Below are positions 1 through 10,492 of a DNA stretch of 64,000 nt, piece after piece. Each line of letters opens with the position of its first letter. Position 1 is the first letter of the stretch. Source of the DNA: Candidatus Thorarchaeota archaeon (GTDB taxonomy: Archaea; Asgardarchaeota; Thorarchaeia; Thorarchaeales; Thorarchaeaceae); contig JBHIAE010000003.1 of assembly GCA_046758445.1 (NCBI GenBank), forward strand, positions 55,379-119,378, in the 5' to 3' direction. A program made the position numbers and the translations under genes. The notes under the pieces were generated by a model. That model saw only the letters and a list, made by a program, of their open reading frames with translations. It was not told the DNA's origin and ran no database searches.

Positions 1-2
1 AT

Positions 3-281
3 ATGGGCGTCAAAGCCGCCGGTGGGATTCGAACCTTCAAGGATGCAATCAAGATGATCGAGGCCGGGGCCGATCGACTAGGCACAAGCGCAGGTATTGC
101 AATTGTTGAAGACTACCGATGGGCCCAGTATAGCGACTCTTGGATGCAACCGGATAGACCCTGCTGGGACTGTCCAAGTCGTCAGGCAAATCTCGCTAAG
201 CAGCCCAAGGAAGTGTATGTCTGGTACAAACAGCGGTGCTTGATCTGTCCTGACCGAGATGAGAATGTGTTTAATGACTAG
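3..281 (+). CDS. deoC: Deoxyribose-phosphate aldolase, C-terminal fragment (5' truncated by window) with Cys-rich tail
   Basis: [10 protein letters not shown]...AGADRLGTS is the DeoC C-terminal signature; followed by a CWDC...CLIC extension. Confidence 0.88.
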   Translation: MGVKAAGGIRTFKDAIKMIEAGADRLGTSAGIAIVEDYRWAQYSDSWMQPDRPCWDCPSRQANLAKQPKEVYVWYKQRCLICPDRDENVFND

Positions 282-293
282 GAGGGGAGATGA

Positions 294-2084
294 TTGACAG
301 AGTCACCGCAACCATATTCTGATGCAGAGATTCTCAGTGTTTCATTGACAAAGGGGAAGATAAACAGAGAGTCCATCTCATCTGACCTTTATTTCGAGTA
401 CCTGGGAGGCCGTGGACTGGGTGTAAAACTTCTATATGACAATCTTGCCCCGAAGACTGACCCGCTTTCGCCAGCAAATTGGCTGATCTTCGCTGTAGGT
501 CCTCTCACCGCCACTACTGTACCCACCGCCGGTAGATTCGTAGTTGTCACGAAGTCACCTCTCACGGGCACCATATTTGATTCACATGCTGGAGGTTACC
601 TTGGTGCTCAATTGCGCCGAGCAGGCTTTGCTGCAGTAGTCTTCCACGGTGCCTCATCGTCACCTGTGTATCTCTGGATCGATAACGATGAGATGGAGCT
701 CAGGGATGCTTCGAAAGTTTGGGGCAGGAATGTCGAGGAGACCACAGATCAGCTCTTGAAGGAGACCGACTCAAAGGCTCAGGTAGCTTGCATTGGACCC
801 GCGGGAGAGAACCGTATCAACCTCGCCGCCATTATGACAGACAAACACAGAGCGGCGGGACGTGGGGGTGTCGGCGCCGTGATGGGGTCGAAGAACCTTA
901 AGGCGGTCGTTGTAAGAGGCACAAGGCAAGTTGGTGTCAATGAACCCGACCGACTGAAAGAGGCTGTCAAGAGGGCTCGTCGACTGATTAAGAAGAACTC
1001 TGTTACTGACAAGTCGCTCCCCATATATGGAACAGCAGTGCTAGTGAATGTCGCCAATGAGTTTGGTATGTTGCCGACCTACAACTTCCAAGAGGGGACA
1101 TTCAATGACGCGGTAGGAGTGTCAGGAGAGAAGCTACTTGAGAGGCTCTCTGTTCGAACCTACAATTGCTTTGGTTGTCCCATAGGTTGTGGACGAATCA
1201 GTCGGGCAGAGGGCAGAGAAGTCGGAGGTCCTGAATACGAAACAATATGGGCGTTTGGTCCGCAGTGCGGCATAAACGACCTAGAATGGATTGCGGCAGT
1301 GAATCACCACTGTAACCTCTTGGGGATTGATACAATCTCAGCGGGGAGCACAATAGGCTGTGCCATGGAACTGGTGCAGAAGGGCAATCTTGATGCACCG
1401 CTCCATTTCGGAAACACGGAGGGCATCATTGAACTGATTCAAGACATGGCTCACGCTCGCGGGCTTGGCGGAGAGCTTGGAGAGGGTAGTCGAGCGTTCG
1501 CATCCAGGTATGGTGCTCCGGAGCTCGCAATGCATGTGAAGGGACTTGAGATTCCAGCCTATGATCCTCGCGGTGCACAAGGACATGCTCTTGGCTATGG
1601 CACCTCCAATAGAGGAGGCTGCCACCTACGGTCCTACCTAATTGGCCCGGAGATACTGGGCAGTCCTGTGCGGGTTGACCGCGATAGACCTGAAGGTAAG
1701 GCTGACCTTGTGATTCTATACCAGAACCTCTCTGCGGCCATGGACTCAATGGTCCTGTGCCGATTCACCAACTTCGCATGGACTGTCGATGACTATGCCG
1801 AGATGTTGGCTGCTGCCACAGGTCTCTCAACAAGCGGGCGGGACATCCTGAAGATAGGGGAGCGCATCTGGAACATTGAACGTCTCTTCAACAATCGTGA
1901 GGGTCTGACAGCTAAGGATGACCAACTGCCACCGAGGTTCCTCTCGCCTCTTCCTGAAGGCAATTCGCGGAACCGTGTTGTCCACATGAATGAGATGCTC
2001 ACGGAATACTACAGACTCAGAAACTGGGACCAAGACGGCCGTCCTACCAAGAAACGTCTCAAGAGTCTCAATCTTGTCAGTTGA
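294..2084 (+). CDS. aor: Tungsten-dependent aldehyde:ferredoxin oxidoreductase family protein
   Basis: YLGGRGLG, KSPLTG, IGPAGEN, AAGRGGVGAVMGSKNLKAV, CxxCPIGC, GPEYET, RGGCH motifs. Confidence 0.93.
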   Translation: MTESPQPYSDAEILSVSLTKGKINRESISSDLYFEYLGGRGLGVKLLYDNLAPKTDPLSPANWLIFAVGPLTATTVPTAGRFVVVTKSPLTGTIFDSHAGGYLGAQLRRAGFAAVVFHGASSSPVYLWIDNDEMELRDASKVWGRNVEETTDQLLKETDSKAQVACIGPAGENRINLAAIMTDKHRAAGRGGVGAVMGSKNLKAVVVRGTRQVGVNEPDRLKEAVKRARRLIKKNSVTDKSLPIYGTAVLVNVANEFGMLPTYNFQEGTFNDAVGVSGEKLLERLSVRTYNCFGCPIGCGRISRAEGREVGGPEYETIWAFGPQCGINDLEWIAAVNHHCNLLGIDTISAGSTIGCAMELVQKGNLDAPLHFGNTEGIIELIQDMAHARGLGGELGEGSRAFASRYGAPELAMHVKGLEIPAYDPRGAQGHALGYGTSNRGGCHLRSYLIGPEILGSPVRVDRDRPEGKADLVILYQNLSAAMDSMVLCRFTNFAWTVDDYAEMLAAATGLSTSGRDILKIGERIWNIERLFNNREGLTAKDDQLPPRFLSPLPEGNSRNRVVHMNEMLTEYYRLRNWDQDGRPTKKRLKSLNLVS

Positions 2085-4069
2085 CTAATGGTTTAGCAAA
2101 ATGGAGTTGTGTTCTACTGGCTCGAAACACAGGTCGGCGTAAGAAGTTCAGAAGGTCTCACGCGCCCTATCTTGCGGAAATCAGGCTCTTTTGGTGTGAT
2201 TCCTGTAACGTACCGACGCCTGCAAAAACAGAATGTAGCACATGTGGCAGCATTCCTAGGAGAGTCGGAATCTCTCCTCCCGGCGACCCATACCCGGCCA
2301 TGGAGGGCCATCTCAACTATGCAATCAAGACAATTGACACGCAATTCGGCGAAGGGGTGGGCAAGGATCTTCTACCTGCTGGCAAGACCATAGTAATGAA
2401 CAAGATTCCCTCGCTAGATGCGATGTTCGAAATCGTGATTGATGGCTACATTATTGGCAGACTGCGATATGAAGTCCCTAAGCATGATTACACTTTCTTA
2501 CTGACACTTGAGGGTGGGAGAAGGATTGGACAGTCGAGCAGACAGAAATGGGTTAGTTGTTACGATGACGTTCTGCAGTATCTAAAGAAGGGTGCGAACC
2601 TGATGGTTCCGGGTATTGCTGGATGCGACTCCGACATTGAGGTAGGTGACGAGGTATGGGTTACTGACAGTAATGGCAGCGTGATAGGTGTTGGGACAGC
2701 TCGGATGAGCGGAGAGCAGATTGCAGCAGAACCCAAGGGCTATGCAATCAAGATCAGAGAGGTGGACAATCCCCGGCCACCCGCCATAAACCCGAAGAAT
2801 GCGACTTGGGATGAAGCAGTAAATGCCAACGCAAGGGAGATTGACCGCATTGAGGAAGAAGCAGTCACTTTCATCAGGCGCACCATTGAGAAGAGAAGTC
2901 TACCTGTGGTAGTGGGCTTCAGTGGTGGGAAGGATTCTCTTGCTACATACTTACTAGTAGAGAAGGCTCTTGGTCGGAGCCCCCCTTTGTTCTTCATGGA
3001 CACTGGCTTGGAGCTACCTGAAACAGTTCAATATGTGAGTGAGTTTGCTGAGCGGCACGAAACGATTGTAGTTGGACAGAAGGCAGGGCACAAATTCTGG
3101 GAGTCTATCGGTTCTTTTGGTCCTCCTGCCAGAGACTTTCGTTGGTGCTGCAAGATACTGAAACTGGGACCTGCTGCACTATCCATAAGCGAGGAATTGG
3201 ATGGCAGCACACTCACCTTCATGGGTCAAAGAAAGCTGGAGTCATTCCAGCGTTCTGTAGAACGTCGAGTATCACACAATCCATGGGTGCCTGGGCAGAC
3301 CTCTGCCAACCCAATCCAGAACTGGAACGCTCTCGAGGTCTGGCTGTACATCTTCAGAGAGAAGGAGCCCTTCAACATAATGTACAACAAGGGCTATCAC
3401 AGGATGGGGTGCTATCTGTGTCCTTCATCCCCGCTCGCAGAGATTGAAAGCCTTGGTGAAACTCACCCCGAACTTCACACAAGATGGCGAGAAGAGCTGA
3501 ACAGGTGGGCCCAGAAACTTGGCCTTCCTGAAGAGTGGGTTGACATGGGTTTCTGGAGATGGAAGCGGCTGCCTCCAGGGCAGCTTGGTATGATTGACAG
3601 CCTCGGCCTAGAGATAGAAGCAGATAGTCCCGGGCGTAAAGAAGGCCTAGATCTGACTGCTGTAAAGGGGGTTTCTCCCTGTGTGGAGTCGGGCTTTAGC
3701 TTCGAGGGGCAATTCTCAGCAGGCATTGATCTCGACAGAGTGTCAAAGCTGGCGCCCATCTTTGGGAAGACCAAGGTATCTCAGGAGCTGGGTGCTCTGA
3801 GGACAAAGTCTGGAGAGAACACGATTTCACTGTTTAGTTCAGGTTCTTTGGTTATTCGCGGAAATTCAAATTTGGAGGTTGATCAGTTGGCGAGGCAGGC
3901 AGAGCGCGCGGTGAAACGTTCTTTGTTCTGTCAGGCATGTGGAACCTGTGTGCCCCAGTGCGAACAGGATGCTCTGAACCTGAATGAAGGCATGATAGCT
4001 GTTGATGAAGCGAAGTGCACCAACTGTCTCAAGTGCGATCAGTGGCCTTGTCCCATATACTTGGACTGA
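2081..4069 (+). CDS. PAPS-reductase-family (PP-loop) protein with N-terminal Zn ribbon, PUA domain and C-terminal 4Fe-4S dicluster; true start may be slightly downstream
   Basis: WCDSCNVP..CSTCG; GANLMVPGI (PUA); FSGGKDS; RWCCKILK; RMGCYLCP; CQACGTCVPQC and CTNCLKC. Confidence 0.88.
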   Translation: MTNGLAKWSCVLLARNTGRRKKFRRSHAPYLAEIRLFWCDSCNVPTPAKTECSTCGSIPRRVGISPPGDPYPAMEGHLNYAIKTIDTQFGEGVGKDLLPAGKTIVMNKIPSLDAMFEIVIDGYIIGRLRYEVPKHDYTFLLTLEGGRRIGQSSRQKWVSCYDDVLQYLKKGANLMVPGIAGCDSDIEVGDEVWVTDSNGSVIGVGTARMSGEQIAAEPKGYAIKIREVDNPRPPAINPKNATWDEAVNANAREIDRIEEEAVTFIRRTIEKRSLPVVVGFSGGKDSLATYLLVEKALGRSPPLFFMDTGLELPETVQYVSEFAERHETIVVGQKAGHKFWESIGSFGPPARDFRWCCKILKLGPAALSISEELDGSTLTFMGQRKLESFQRSVERRVSHNPWVPGQTSANPIQNWNALEVWLYIFREKEPFNIMYNKGYHRMGCYLCPSSPLAEIESLGETHPELHTRWREELNRWAQKLGLPEEWVDMGFWRWKRLPPGQLGMIDSLGLEIEADSPGRKEGLDLTAVKGVSPCVESGFSFEGQFSAGIDLDRVSKLAPIFGKTKVSQELGALRTKSGENTISLFSSGSLVIRGNSNLEVDQLARQAERAVKRSLFCQACGTCVPQCEQDALNLNEGMIAVDEAKCTNCLKCDQWPCPIYLD

Positions 4070-4159
4070 CGTATTGCGAGTCGTTATATAGTGAGTACAG
4101 TTTCTTTGACAAAAGCTTAATTACAGAGCCCCAACGGGGGCCTCCGTGACTCCAAACTA

Positions 4160-5518
4160 GTGACAGCCAAGGCGGCCAAGAAGATGCTCAGCGCGATCTC
4201 AATCACGATATGGCGATTCCGCAGGTACCTCGTGCTGAGTCTGGTTATCTCCATGATAGCAATTCCATTTGCCAACTTCCTGGTAATTGAACGCGACCGT
4301 AATCGGAATGAGATGTACGGGGAGGCCTTCTGGAGATTCGGCTTCAACGTCTATGACATGACTGATGACGAAGTCGCTGAAGCTCTGGGATACCATCCTG
4401 AGAATTACACGCTGCCAGAATATCTAGGTAATGTTACGTACGAGTATCCAGTGTTCGGCCTGATCTTCTTTGCTATAGCTGCTTGGTTATTCCCAGGACA
4501 GGGAGGTTTACAGCCGCTATGGTTGAACTTCATTCTGACGCTGGTATTTAACCTGAATCTCGTCTTGGTAGCTATTCTGCTAGGAGAGCGCATATTCAAC
4601 AAGAATTGGGCACGGATGTTGTTCGGCGGTTACTTCGTCTACGGCCTGATAATGTCCGCGGGAGGCGGCAAGCTCGAGCCCATTGTAGATTGCCTGCTTC
4701 TTCTGGCACTAGTGCTGAACAAGGAGAAACAACATGGAAAGGCGATGTTTGCCTTAGGTCTATCAGTGCAGACTAAGATATACTCGGTCGTTGCTCTTCC
4801 AATCCTATTCATCACAGCTCCTCTTTCGATTATCTGGTTCCTTGCTTCAACATTTATAACCGTAATTCCGTTTCTCTTCCTAGGAGCAGACTTCAGCACT
4901 CTGTTGTCGCATTTCCTGAATACAACAGAGTACAGCTCCTACATCGTCAACCCGATGTTTCCTGGACTTTTCCTAGCAACACCAGATATCAACAGCGATC
5001 CTGTCACTTTCTATATGTGGCCTCCAGCTCTGATTCCAGTCGTCATATACGTGACATTCATGCTATTCACGTTTCGGCCTTACCTGCCTCTCAGAGCTGA
5101 TTTAATGGAGGCATCATGGCACACGAAGCTGAAGTTACTGTTCCCTCTCTACATCTATATGCTTCCTGCGATTCTCTTCGTGTTCAGGTGGGTCATGCCC
5201 TGGTATCTCTTCTGGCTGGGTCCTATGATATTCCTATTCAAGGAAGACGAACATGCCATTGGCTATCTAAAACAGCTCACAGTTGTGGGCTTCGTCTATG
5301 CTTTTGGGATACTCTGTAACTGGCCTTACTTCATCTCTGGACCCCTGCCTGACTTCTTGATACACTTTCCACTCGGATGGTACACCCTTCTGGGTCTATT
5401 CCTATTGGTATTGTCAGCTGCAGTATCATTTGGTATATGGCGATGGACTTTCAAACGCAGAGAGAGAAGAGCTCAGAAGATTCGAGAGGCCATCGCACGC
5501 GGCGAGCTAGTGATGTAG
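4160..5518 (+). CDS. Polytopic membrane protein, possible GT-C fold glycosyltransferase (GT87/PIG-M-like)
   Basis: About 10-11 hydrophobic segments; extracellular loop with YEYP after TM1; GKLEP and GLSVQTKIY resemble GT87-type motifs; MPWYLFW near C-terminus. Confidence 0.5.
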   Translation: MTAKAAKKMLSAISITIWRFRRYLVLSLVISMIAIPFANFLVIERDRNRNEMYGEAFWRFGFNVYDMTDDEVAEALGYHPENYTLPEYLGNVTYEYPVFGLIFFAIAAWLFPGQGGLQPLWLNFILTLVFNLNLVLVAILLGERIFNKNWARMLFGGYFVYGLIMSAGGGKLEPIVDCLLLLALVLNKEKQHGKAMFALGLSVQTKIYSVVALPILFITAPLSIIWFLASTFITVIPFLFLGADFSTLLSHFLNTTEYSSYIVNPMFPGLFLATPDINSDPVTFYMWPPALIPVVIYVTFMLFTFRPYLPLRADLMEASWHTKLKLLFPLYIYMLPAILFVFRWVMPWYLFWLGPMIFLFKEDEHAIGYLKQLTVVGFVYAFGILCNWPYFISGPLPDFLIHFPLGWYTLLGLFLLVLSAAVSFGIWRWTFKRRERRAQKIREAIARGELVM

Positions 5519-5519
5519 T

Positions 5520-5984
5520 TTAGATGCGGGCTGTTCCATTCTCACGATAGTAGTCGATTATCCGTCGTCTAATGAGCGTAGAGGAACAGAGTCCATCTGC
5601 ATCTCGTTTCTCAAGTCTGACTATCTTAGTACTCATCCCAACATCTGTGAAAAGCCTCTCCAAGGCATCCATGTCAGTCTGTTGATCATACCCGAGCGCA
5701 ATGATGTCGGGGTCAATGTCCACTACGATAGAGGTGTGGTCGGTGGTATCGTACCCTAGGACCGCTCTGTCCACCATCTTCAAAGATTCAACAATTCGTC
5801 GTCTTTGTTCTGCTGGGAATACTGGGGGCGCGCCTCTTTCCTTCTCGACAGTCTTGTCGAGCGCGACCACGACGACAAGTTCCCCTCCATCACCAACCAG
5901 CTCTCTGGCTTGTTCGAGGTATGCGATGTGTCCAAGATGAAGGATGTCAAACTTCCCAGCAGCCAGCACGCGCTTACCTGCCAT
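5520..5984 (-). CDS. ribL: FAD synthase / cytidylyltransferase family
   Basis: GKFDILHLGH (HxGH), DPDIIALGYDQ, SSTLIR; start taken at MAGKRV. Confidence 0.85.
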   Translation of the reverse strand: MAGKRVLAAGKFDILHLGHIAYLEQARELVGDGGELVVVVALDKTVEKERGAPPVFPAEQRRRIVESLKMVDRAVLGYDTTDHTSIVVDIDPDIIALGYDQQTDMDALERLFTDVGMSTKIVRLEKRDADGLCSSTLIRRRIIDYYRENGTARI

Positions 5985-6003
5985 GAATAACCCCTCAGTC
6001 AAA

Positions 6004-6273
6004 CTAGTCCTCGTCGACGGCAAGGAACTCGGTGCCTTCCTTTATGACCTCAATCCGACGCTTAGTCTTAGTAATCTGGCTGACATGGACCAGACCGTTG
6101 ATTTCAAGCTGCATCAACGCCTGGTTGAGTTCTGCGTCGCTCGGCTCGTCGCCCAACTCCTTCTTCAGCGCTCTTGTCAGCTCATCGTCGAGAATGACCC
6201 CTCGCCGTTTCTTGAGTATTTGAACGATTACATTTCTGAGTGGTAGCACACTCCACGATGTCATCAATACCAC
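6004..6273 (-). CDS. Conserved archaeal small winged-helix-like protein downstream of cdc48
   Basis: ELNQALMQLEINGLVHV wHTH-like pattern; co-oriented between cdc48 and ribL. Confidence 0.65.
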   Translation of the reverse strand: MVLMTSWSVLPLRNVIVQILKKRRGVILDDELTRALKKELGDEPSDAELNQALMQLEINGLVHVSQITKTKRRIEVIKEGTEFLAVDED

Positions 6274-6283
6274 ATCCTGACGT

Positions 6284-8479
6284 TCATATGTATCCTGGAG
6301 GTGTGGTCTCCATAGCTTGAGTGGATCTGCGCATCTCCCTCTCTATCTTCTCAAATCGTTCGATATCTTCTGGCGTCACCGAAGCGTGGATGGCGGCCAG
6401 TGCAGACTCGAAGTGCCTCCAAGAAACAAGATTAGCATCCAAGTCCTCGCGAAGGGCACGCATGCCCGCCTCACGACAGACGGCTTCAATATCCCCACCA
6501 ACATATCCTTCAGTTTGATCTACCAGCGCACCTATCGAAACGTCTGAGTCAAGTGGCATGCCATCTGTGTAGATATGGAAGATCTCCTTCCTACTCTTGG
6601 CATCTGGAGCTCTTACATAGACAAATCGGTCGAATCTCCCAGTCCTCAGCAGAGCTCTGTCAATCAAGTCGGGTCGGTTTGTTGCGGCGAGGACGATTAT
6701 GTCCTTCATTGATTCGAGTCCATCCATCTCGGTGAGGAGCTGACTGATTACTCTCTCTGTGACATGACTGTCACCGCTACTCCGGCCTCTAGTTGGAGCA
6801 ATCGCGTCAATCTCGTCGAAGAAGATTATTGCAGGAGCGGCAGTTCTTGCCTTTCTGAACACCTCTCTAATGGCCTTCTCACTTTCTCCGACCCACTTGG
6901 AAAGCAGCTCCGGGCCCTTCACACTGATGAAGTTGGCCTCACTCTCAGTTGCCACAGCCCTGGCAAGGAGTGTCTTTCCGCATCCCGGTGGACCCCAGAT
7001 AAGAACGCCTTTTGGAGGCGAAATTCCGATTCGGGTGAATGACTTTGGTTTCTTCAACGGCCACTCGACTACCTCAATGAGTTCCTGTTTCACCTCAAGT
7101 AGGCCGCCTACATCAGTCCAATGGACGTTAGGTACTTCAATGAACACCTCCCTCACGGCAGAGGGCTGTATCTCTCTCAGCGCCCCAAGGAAGTCAGGGT
7201 TGTTGACCTCCAATTGGTCAAGGACTTCCGGAGGTATCTCTTCCTCTTCGAGGTTTATCTGAGGCAGGTATCTTCTCAGTGCCTTCATGGCTGCCTCTCT
7301 ACAAAGCGCATTCAGGTCTGCGCCCACAAAGCCGTGCGTTATCCTCGCAAGGTTCTGAAGGTCCACTTTGTTATCACCTTCAGAGGTAAGAGGCATTCCC
7401 CTCGAGTGAATATGCAGTACCTCCAGCCGCCCGGTCTCGTCCGGCACTCCAATCTCAATCTCGCGGTCGAATCTTCCTGGACGTCGTAGAGCGGGATCTA
7501 GAGCATTGATTCTGTTGGTGGCACCAATCACTATTACTTGGCCTCGAGCCTTTAGGCCGTCCATTGTTGCAAGAAGCTGCGCCACTACACGGCGTTCGAC
7601 TTCTCCCTGAACGTCCTCTCGCTTTGGCGCAATGGCATCTAGCTCATCGATGAAGATTATACTCGGCGCGTTCTCCTCTGCCTCTTCAAAGATCTTCCTG
7701 AGTTTCTGTTCAGACTCGCCATAGAACTTGGACATGATCTCCGGACCATTTATGTGAACGAAATTGGCCTCCGACTCAGAAGCGACAGCCTTTGCAAGCA
7801 ATGTCTTGCCTGTTCCTGGTGGTCCATGGAGAATAAGTCCGCGCGGAGGATCAATACCCAAACGCTTGAATATCTCGGGATGCCTCATTGGCAGCTCAAC
7901 CATCTCACGGATTCGTTGAATTGCATCAGCAAGACCCCCGATCTCTTCATACGTCACCTGTGCAGCGCCAATTACGTCACCAGTCGGTTTTTCGGCAATA
8001 GATAACATACTAGAATGCTGAACCACAACAGTACCTGCAGGTTTGACTGATGTGACCTTGAATGGAATCGCTCTCCCGAGAATGGGAATGAATACTGTGT
8101 CGTTTAGAGTAACTGGACAGTTCAGGAGTTTTCTCTTGACGAACTCCTCAAAGCGTGGCTCAGGCCGAATTGGCACAGAAGTCGGTGCAAGAGTGATGTT
8201 GCGTGCAGGCTCCTCATTTGCCCGACAGACAGTCACTTTCTCACTGAGACTCACGCCAGCGTTCCTGCGTATTCTACCATCCATGCGGATGATCTCTCGT
8301 CCCTTGTCTCCCTGATATGCTGGCCAGGCAATTGCAGCTGTGACTCGCTTCCCTTTGATTTGGATTATATCTCCAGTTCTGACTCCAAGCTTTTCCATAG
8401 ACATGGCATCGATTCGTACAATGAACCTGCCAATGTCTCTGTGTTCGGCCTCTGTTACCTTCAGAACTATTTCGACCAT
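6284..8479 (-). CDS. cdc48: CDC48/VAT family AAA+ ATPase
   Basis: N-domain plus two AAA modules ([16 protein letters not shown]; DELDA, DEIDA; RPGRFDRE); C-terminal GYI resembles an HbYX proteasome-docking motif. Confidence 0.97.
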   Translation of the reverse strand: MVEIVLKVTEAEHRDIGRFIVRIDAMSMEKLGVRTGDIIQIKGKRVTAAIAWPAYQGDKGREIIRMDGRIRRNAGVSLSEKVTVCRANEEPARNITLAPTSVPIRPEPRFEEFVKRKLLNCPVTLNDTVFIPILGRAIPFKVTSVKPAGTVVVQHSSMLSIAEKPTGDVIGAAQVTYEEIGGLADAIQRIREMVELPMRHPEIFKRLGIDPPRGLILHGPPGTGKTLLAKAVASESEANFVHINGPEIMSKFYGESEQKLRKIFEEAEENAPSIIFIDELDAIAPKREDVQGEVERRVVAQLLATMDGLKARGQVIVIGATNRINALDPALRRPGRFDREIEIGVPDETGRLEVLHIHSRGMPLTSEGDNKVDLQNLARITHGFVGADLNALCREAAMKALRRYLPQINLEEEEIPPEVLDQLEVNNPDFLGALREIQPSAVREVFIEVPNVHWTDVGGLLEVKQELIEVVEWPLKKPKSFTRIGISPPKGVLIWGPPGCGKTLLARAVATESEANFISVKGPELLSKWVGESEKAIREVFRKARTAAPAIIFFDEIDAIAPTRGRSSGDSHVTERVISQLLTEMDGLESMKDIIVLAATNRPDLIDRALLRTGRFDRFVYVRAPDAKSRKEIFHIYTDGMPLDSDVSIGALVDQTEGYVGGDIEAVCREAGMRALREDLDANLVSWRHFESALAAIHASVTPEDIERFEKIEREMRRSTQAMETTPPGYI

Positions 8480-8729
8480 TGCTCAACAACAACCTCCGGT
8501 TCTTGTATGGTGATAATCCAGAAACGGGGTGGGTCTTCGGCAACCCGCCAGCAACACCAAGCTTCCCATACTCTGGCTTCCATGAGAGGGTATTTCTACA
8601 CCGAGATAATCTCCCAGTAAGCGATTGTTGATTTCAAGTGATTGCCTCAAGTATGTTGTTATAAACCCTGAGTTCTGTTCTTTAACCCCTTACTGGTTCA
8701 ATATGAACTTACGTCGTAGGGCGCGGTTC

Positions 8730-8999
8730 CTACATCCGTGAAACTCGTTCTACCTCTACTTGTGAAACACCTTCAAGGGTGCATATCGCATCCTCAATGT
8801 CATCAGTGCCACCCAACGACTCATCGCGAGCGACATTCATCCGAAGTGCTTTGAGGCCGAACGCTATTGGAGTTATCTCGGTTGCTCGGACATCAGTATC
8901 CTCTGGTATGACCGCCTTGATGCGCTCAAGCAAGTCATCTAGATCCACGTCAACATCTTCTGGCATAACTTTCAACGTAACAACCACTCTTGCCATCAC
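8730..8999 (-). CDS. ef1b: Translation elongation factor aEF-1 beta
   Basis: KVMPEDVDVDL, PIAFGLKAL, GGTDDIE, VSQVEV. Confidence 0.93.
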   Translation of the reverse strand: MMARVVVTLKVMPEDVDVDLDDLLERIKAVIPEDTDVRATEITPIAFGLKALRMNVARDESLGGTDDIEDAICTLEGVSQVEVERVSRM

Positions 9000-9018
9000 C
9001 CATCAGCTCCCTAGACAA

Positions 9019-9219
9019 TCAAGGCCCCTCAAAAGCACAGTTGGGGCAGGTGTATTTGACAGAGAAACGTCTACAGACCTCGCACCGCCATATCATCAAG
9101 TCGCCACAAGACGGACACTGGAACTTCACGCTGTCCTCCTGTGGAGAGATTGAGCGGTGACATGATGTACATCTAATTGCTCTCATGTTAGACAAGTTAC
9201 CACCAGAAGTATTTCTCAA
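9019..9219 (-). CDS. Small Zn-ribbon protein (DUF1610 / HVO_2753-like)
   Basis: CTSC..FQCPSCG..IWRCEVCR..YTCPNCAFEGP; canonical neighbour of aEF-1 beta. Confidence 0.9.
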   Translation of the reverse strand: MRNTSGGNLSNMRAIRCTSCHRSISPQEDSVKFQCPSCGDLMIWRCEVCRRFSVKYTCPNCAFEGP

Positions 9220-9378
9220 GGGATGCGTTTCATTGGGCCCCTTTCTGCGTTATTATAAACCTGCCGAAGCGTACATTCCGACAGTCTTCCCAATTGTGAC
9301 CAGAACCAATCAGTGATGCTCAATTCATATATGCAAGGATTAGGGAATTGATATAGACATCAGTCAGGAGAGGAATTC

Positions 9379-10413
9379 ATGGGCACCAAACTGGGTGACA
9401 TAATGAACGCAGATGTGATAACCCTGCGAGAACTTAGCGGTCGTGCAATCGCCATCGATGCTTTCAACACCATCTATGCTTTCCTTGCTAGTATTAGACA
9501 GCCTGACGGTACTCCCCTAAAAGACAACAAGGGACGTGTCACCAGTCATCTTTCCGGGCTCTTCTACAGGAATCTAAACCTTCTCGAGCACGGAATAAAT
9601 CCTGTCTACGTGTTTGACGGCGAAGCACCCACCTTGAAGGCTGCAGAAGTCGAACGCAGGAAGGAGTTTCGCGAGGCTGCAAGAAAGGAATGGGTACGTG
9701 CAAAAGAGGAAGGGAGAATTGAAGACGCTAGAAAGGCAGCCCAGGCCAGCTCAAGACTGACCACACCAATGGTCGAGGACAGCAAGAAGCTCTTGACTGC
9801 CCTAGGGATTCCGGTGGTTCAGGCCCCCTCTGAGGGCGAAGCTCTCGCCGCGCAGATGACTCGATCTAACACCGTGTGGGCCAGTGCGAGCCAAGACAAT
9901 GACTCGCTGCTCTACAATTGCCCGCGAATGATTCGTAATCTGTCAATATCAGGGCGTCGTAGGGTATCCCGTTCGAAGACCTATAAGACGATACACCCTG
10001 AAATCATCGATTTGGACTTGAACCTGAAGCTAATGGGTATAACGAGAGAGCAGCTCATAGATATTGCAATTCTTGTTGGAACTGACTACAACGAGAAGTT
10101 GGAGGGTGTTGGTGCCAAGACAGCATTGAAGTGGATCAAGAAGTATGGCAGTTTGGAGAATGTGGAGGCTGAGAGAGGAATCACACTTGATTTCCCCTAT
10201 CCTGAAATCAGAGAGATCTTCTTGGATCCTCCAAGGATTGAACTTCAGGAACCTAAGTGGTCTGAACCACAAAATGAGGACCTAAGACGAATACTCTGTT
10301 CGGAACACGATTTCAGTCGGAATAGAGTCGAGAAATCACTAGAGCGACTTCGTACAGCGCTCAAAGAGGTCAGAGGGTCCACACAGCAGAGCTCTCTTAC
10401 GGATTTCTTCTGA
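9379..10413 (+). CDS. fen: Flap endonuclease 1
   Basis: IRQPDGTPL, TSHLSG, APSEGEA, LVGTDYN, C-terminal PIP box QSSLTDFF. Confidence 0.97.
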   Translation: MGTKLGDIMNADVITLRELSGRAIAIDAFNTIYAFLASIRQPDGTPLKDNKGRVTSHLSGLFYRNLNLLEHGINPVYVFDGEAPTLKAAEVERRKEFREAARKEWVRAKEEGRIEDARKAAQASSRLTTPMVEDSKKLLTALGIPVVQAPSEGEALAAQMTRSNTVWASASQDNDSLLYNCPRMIRNLSISGRRRVSRSKTYKTIHPEIIDLDLNLKLMGITREQLIDIAILVGTDYNEKLEGVGAKTALKWIKKYGSLENVEAERGITLDFPYPEIREIFLDPPRIELQEPKWSEPQNEDLRRILCSEHDFSRNRVEKSLERLRTALKEVRGSTQQSSLTDFF

Positions 10414-10492
10414 GTAGACTGTTGGATTCAGACTCCGAGAATGATAAATACCAAAGCAGAAACAGGACTAGTGTAGCAGGTGAAGCACACGC

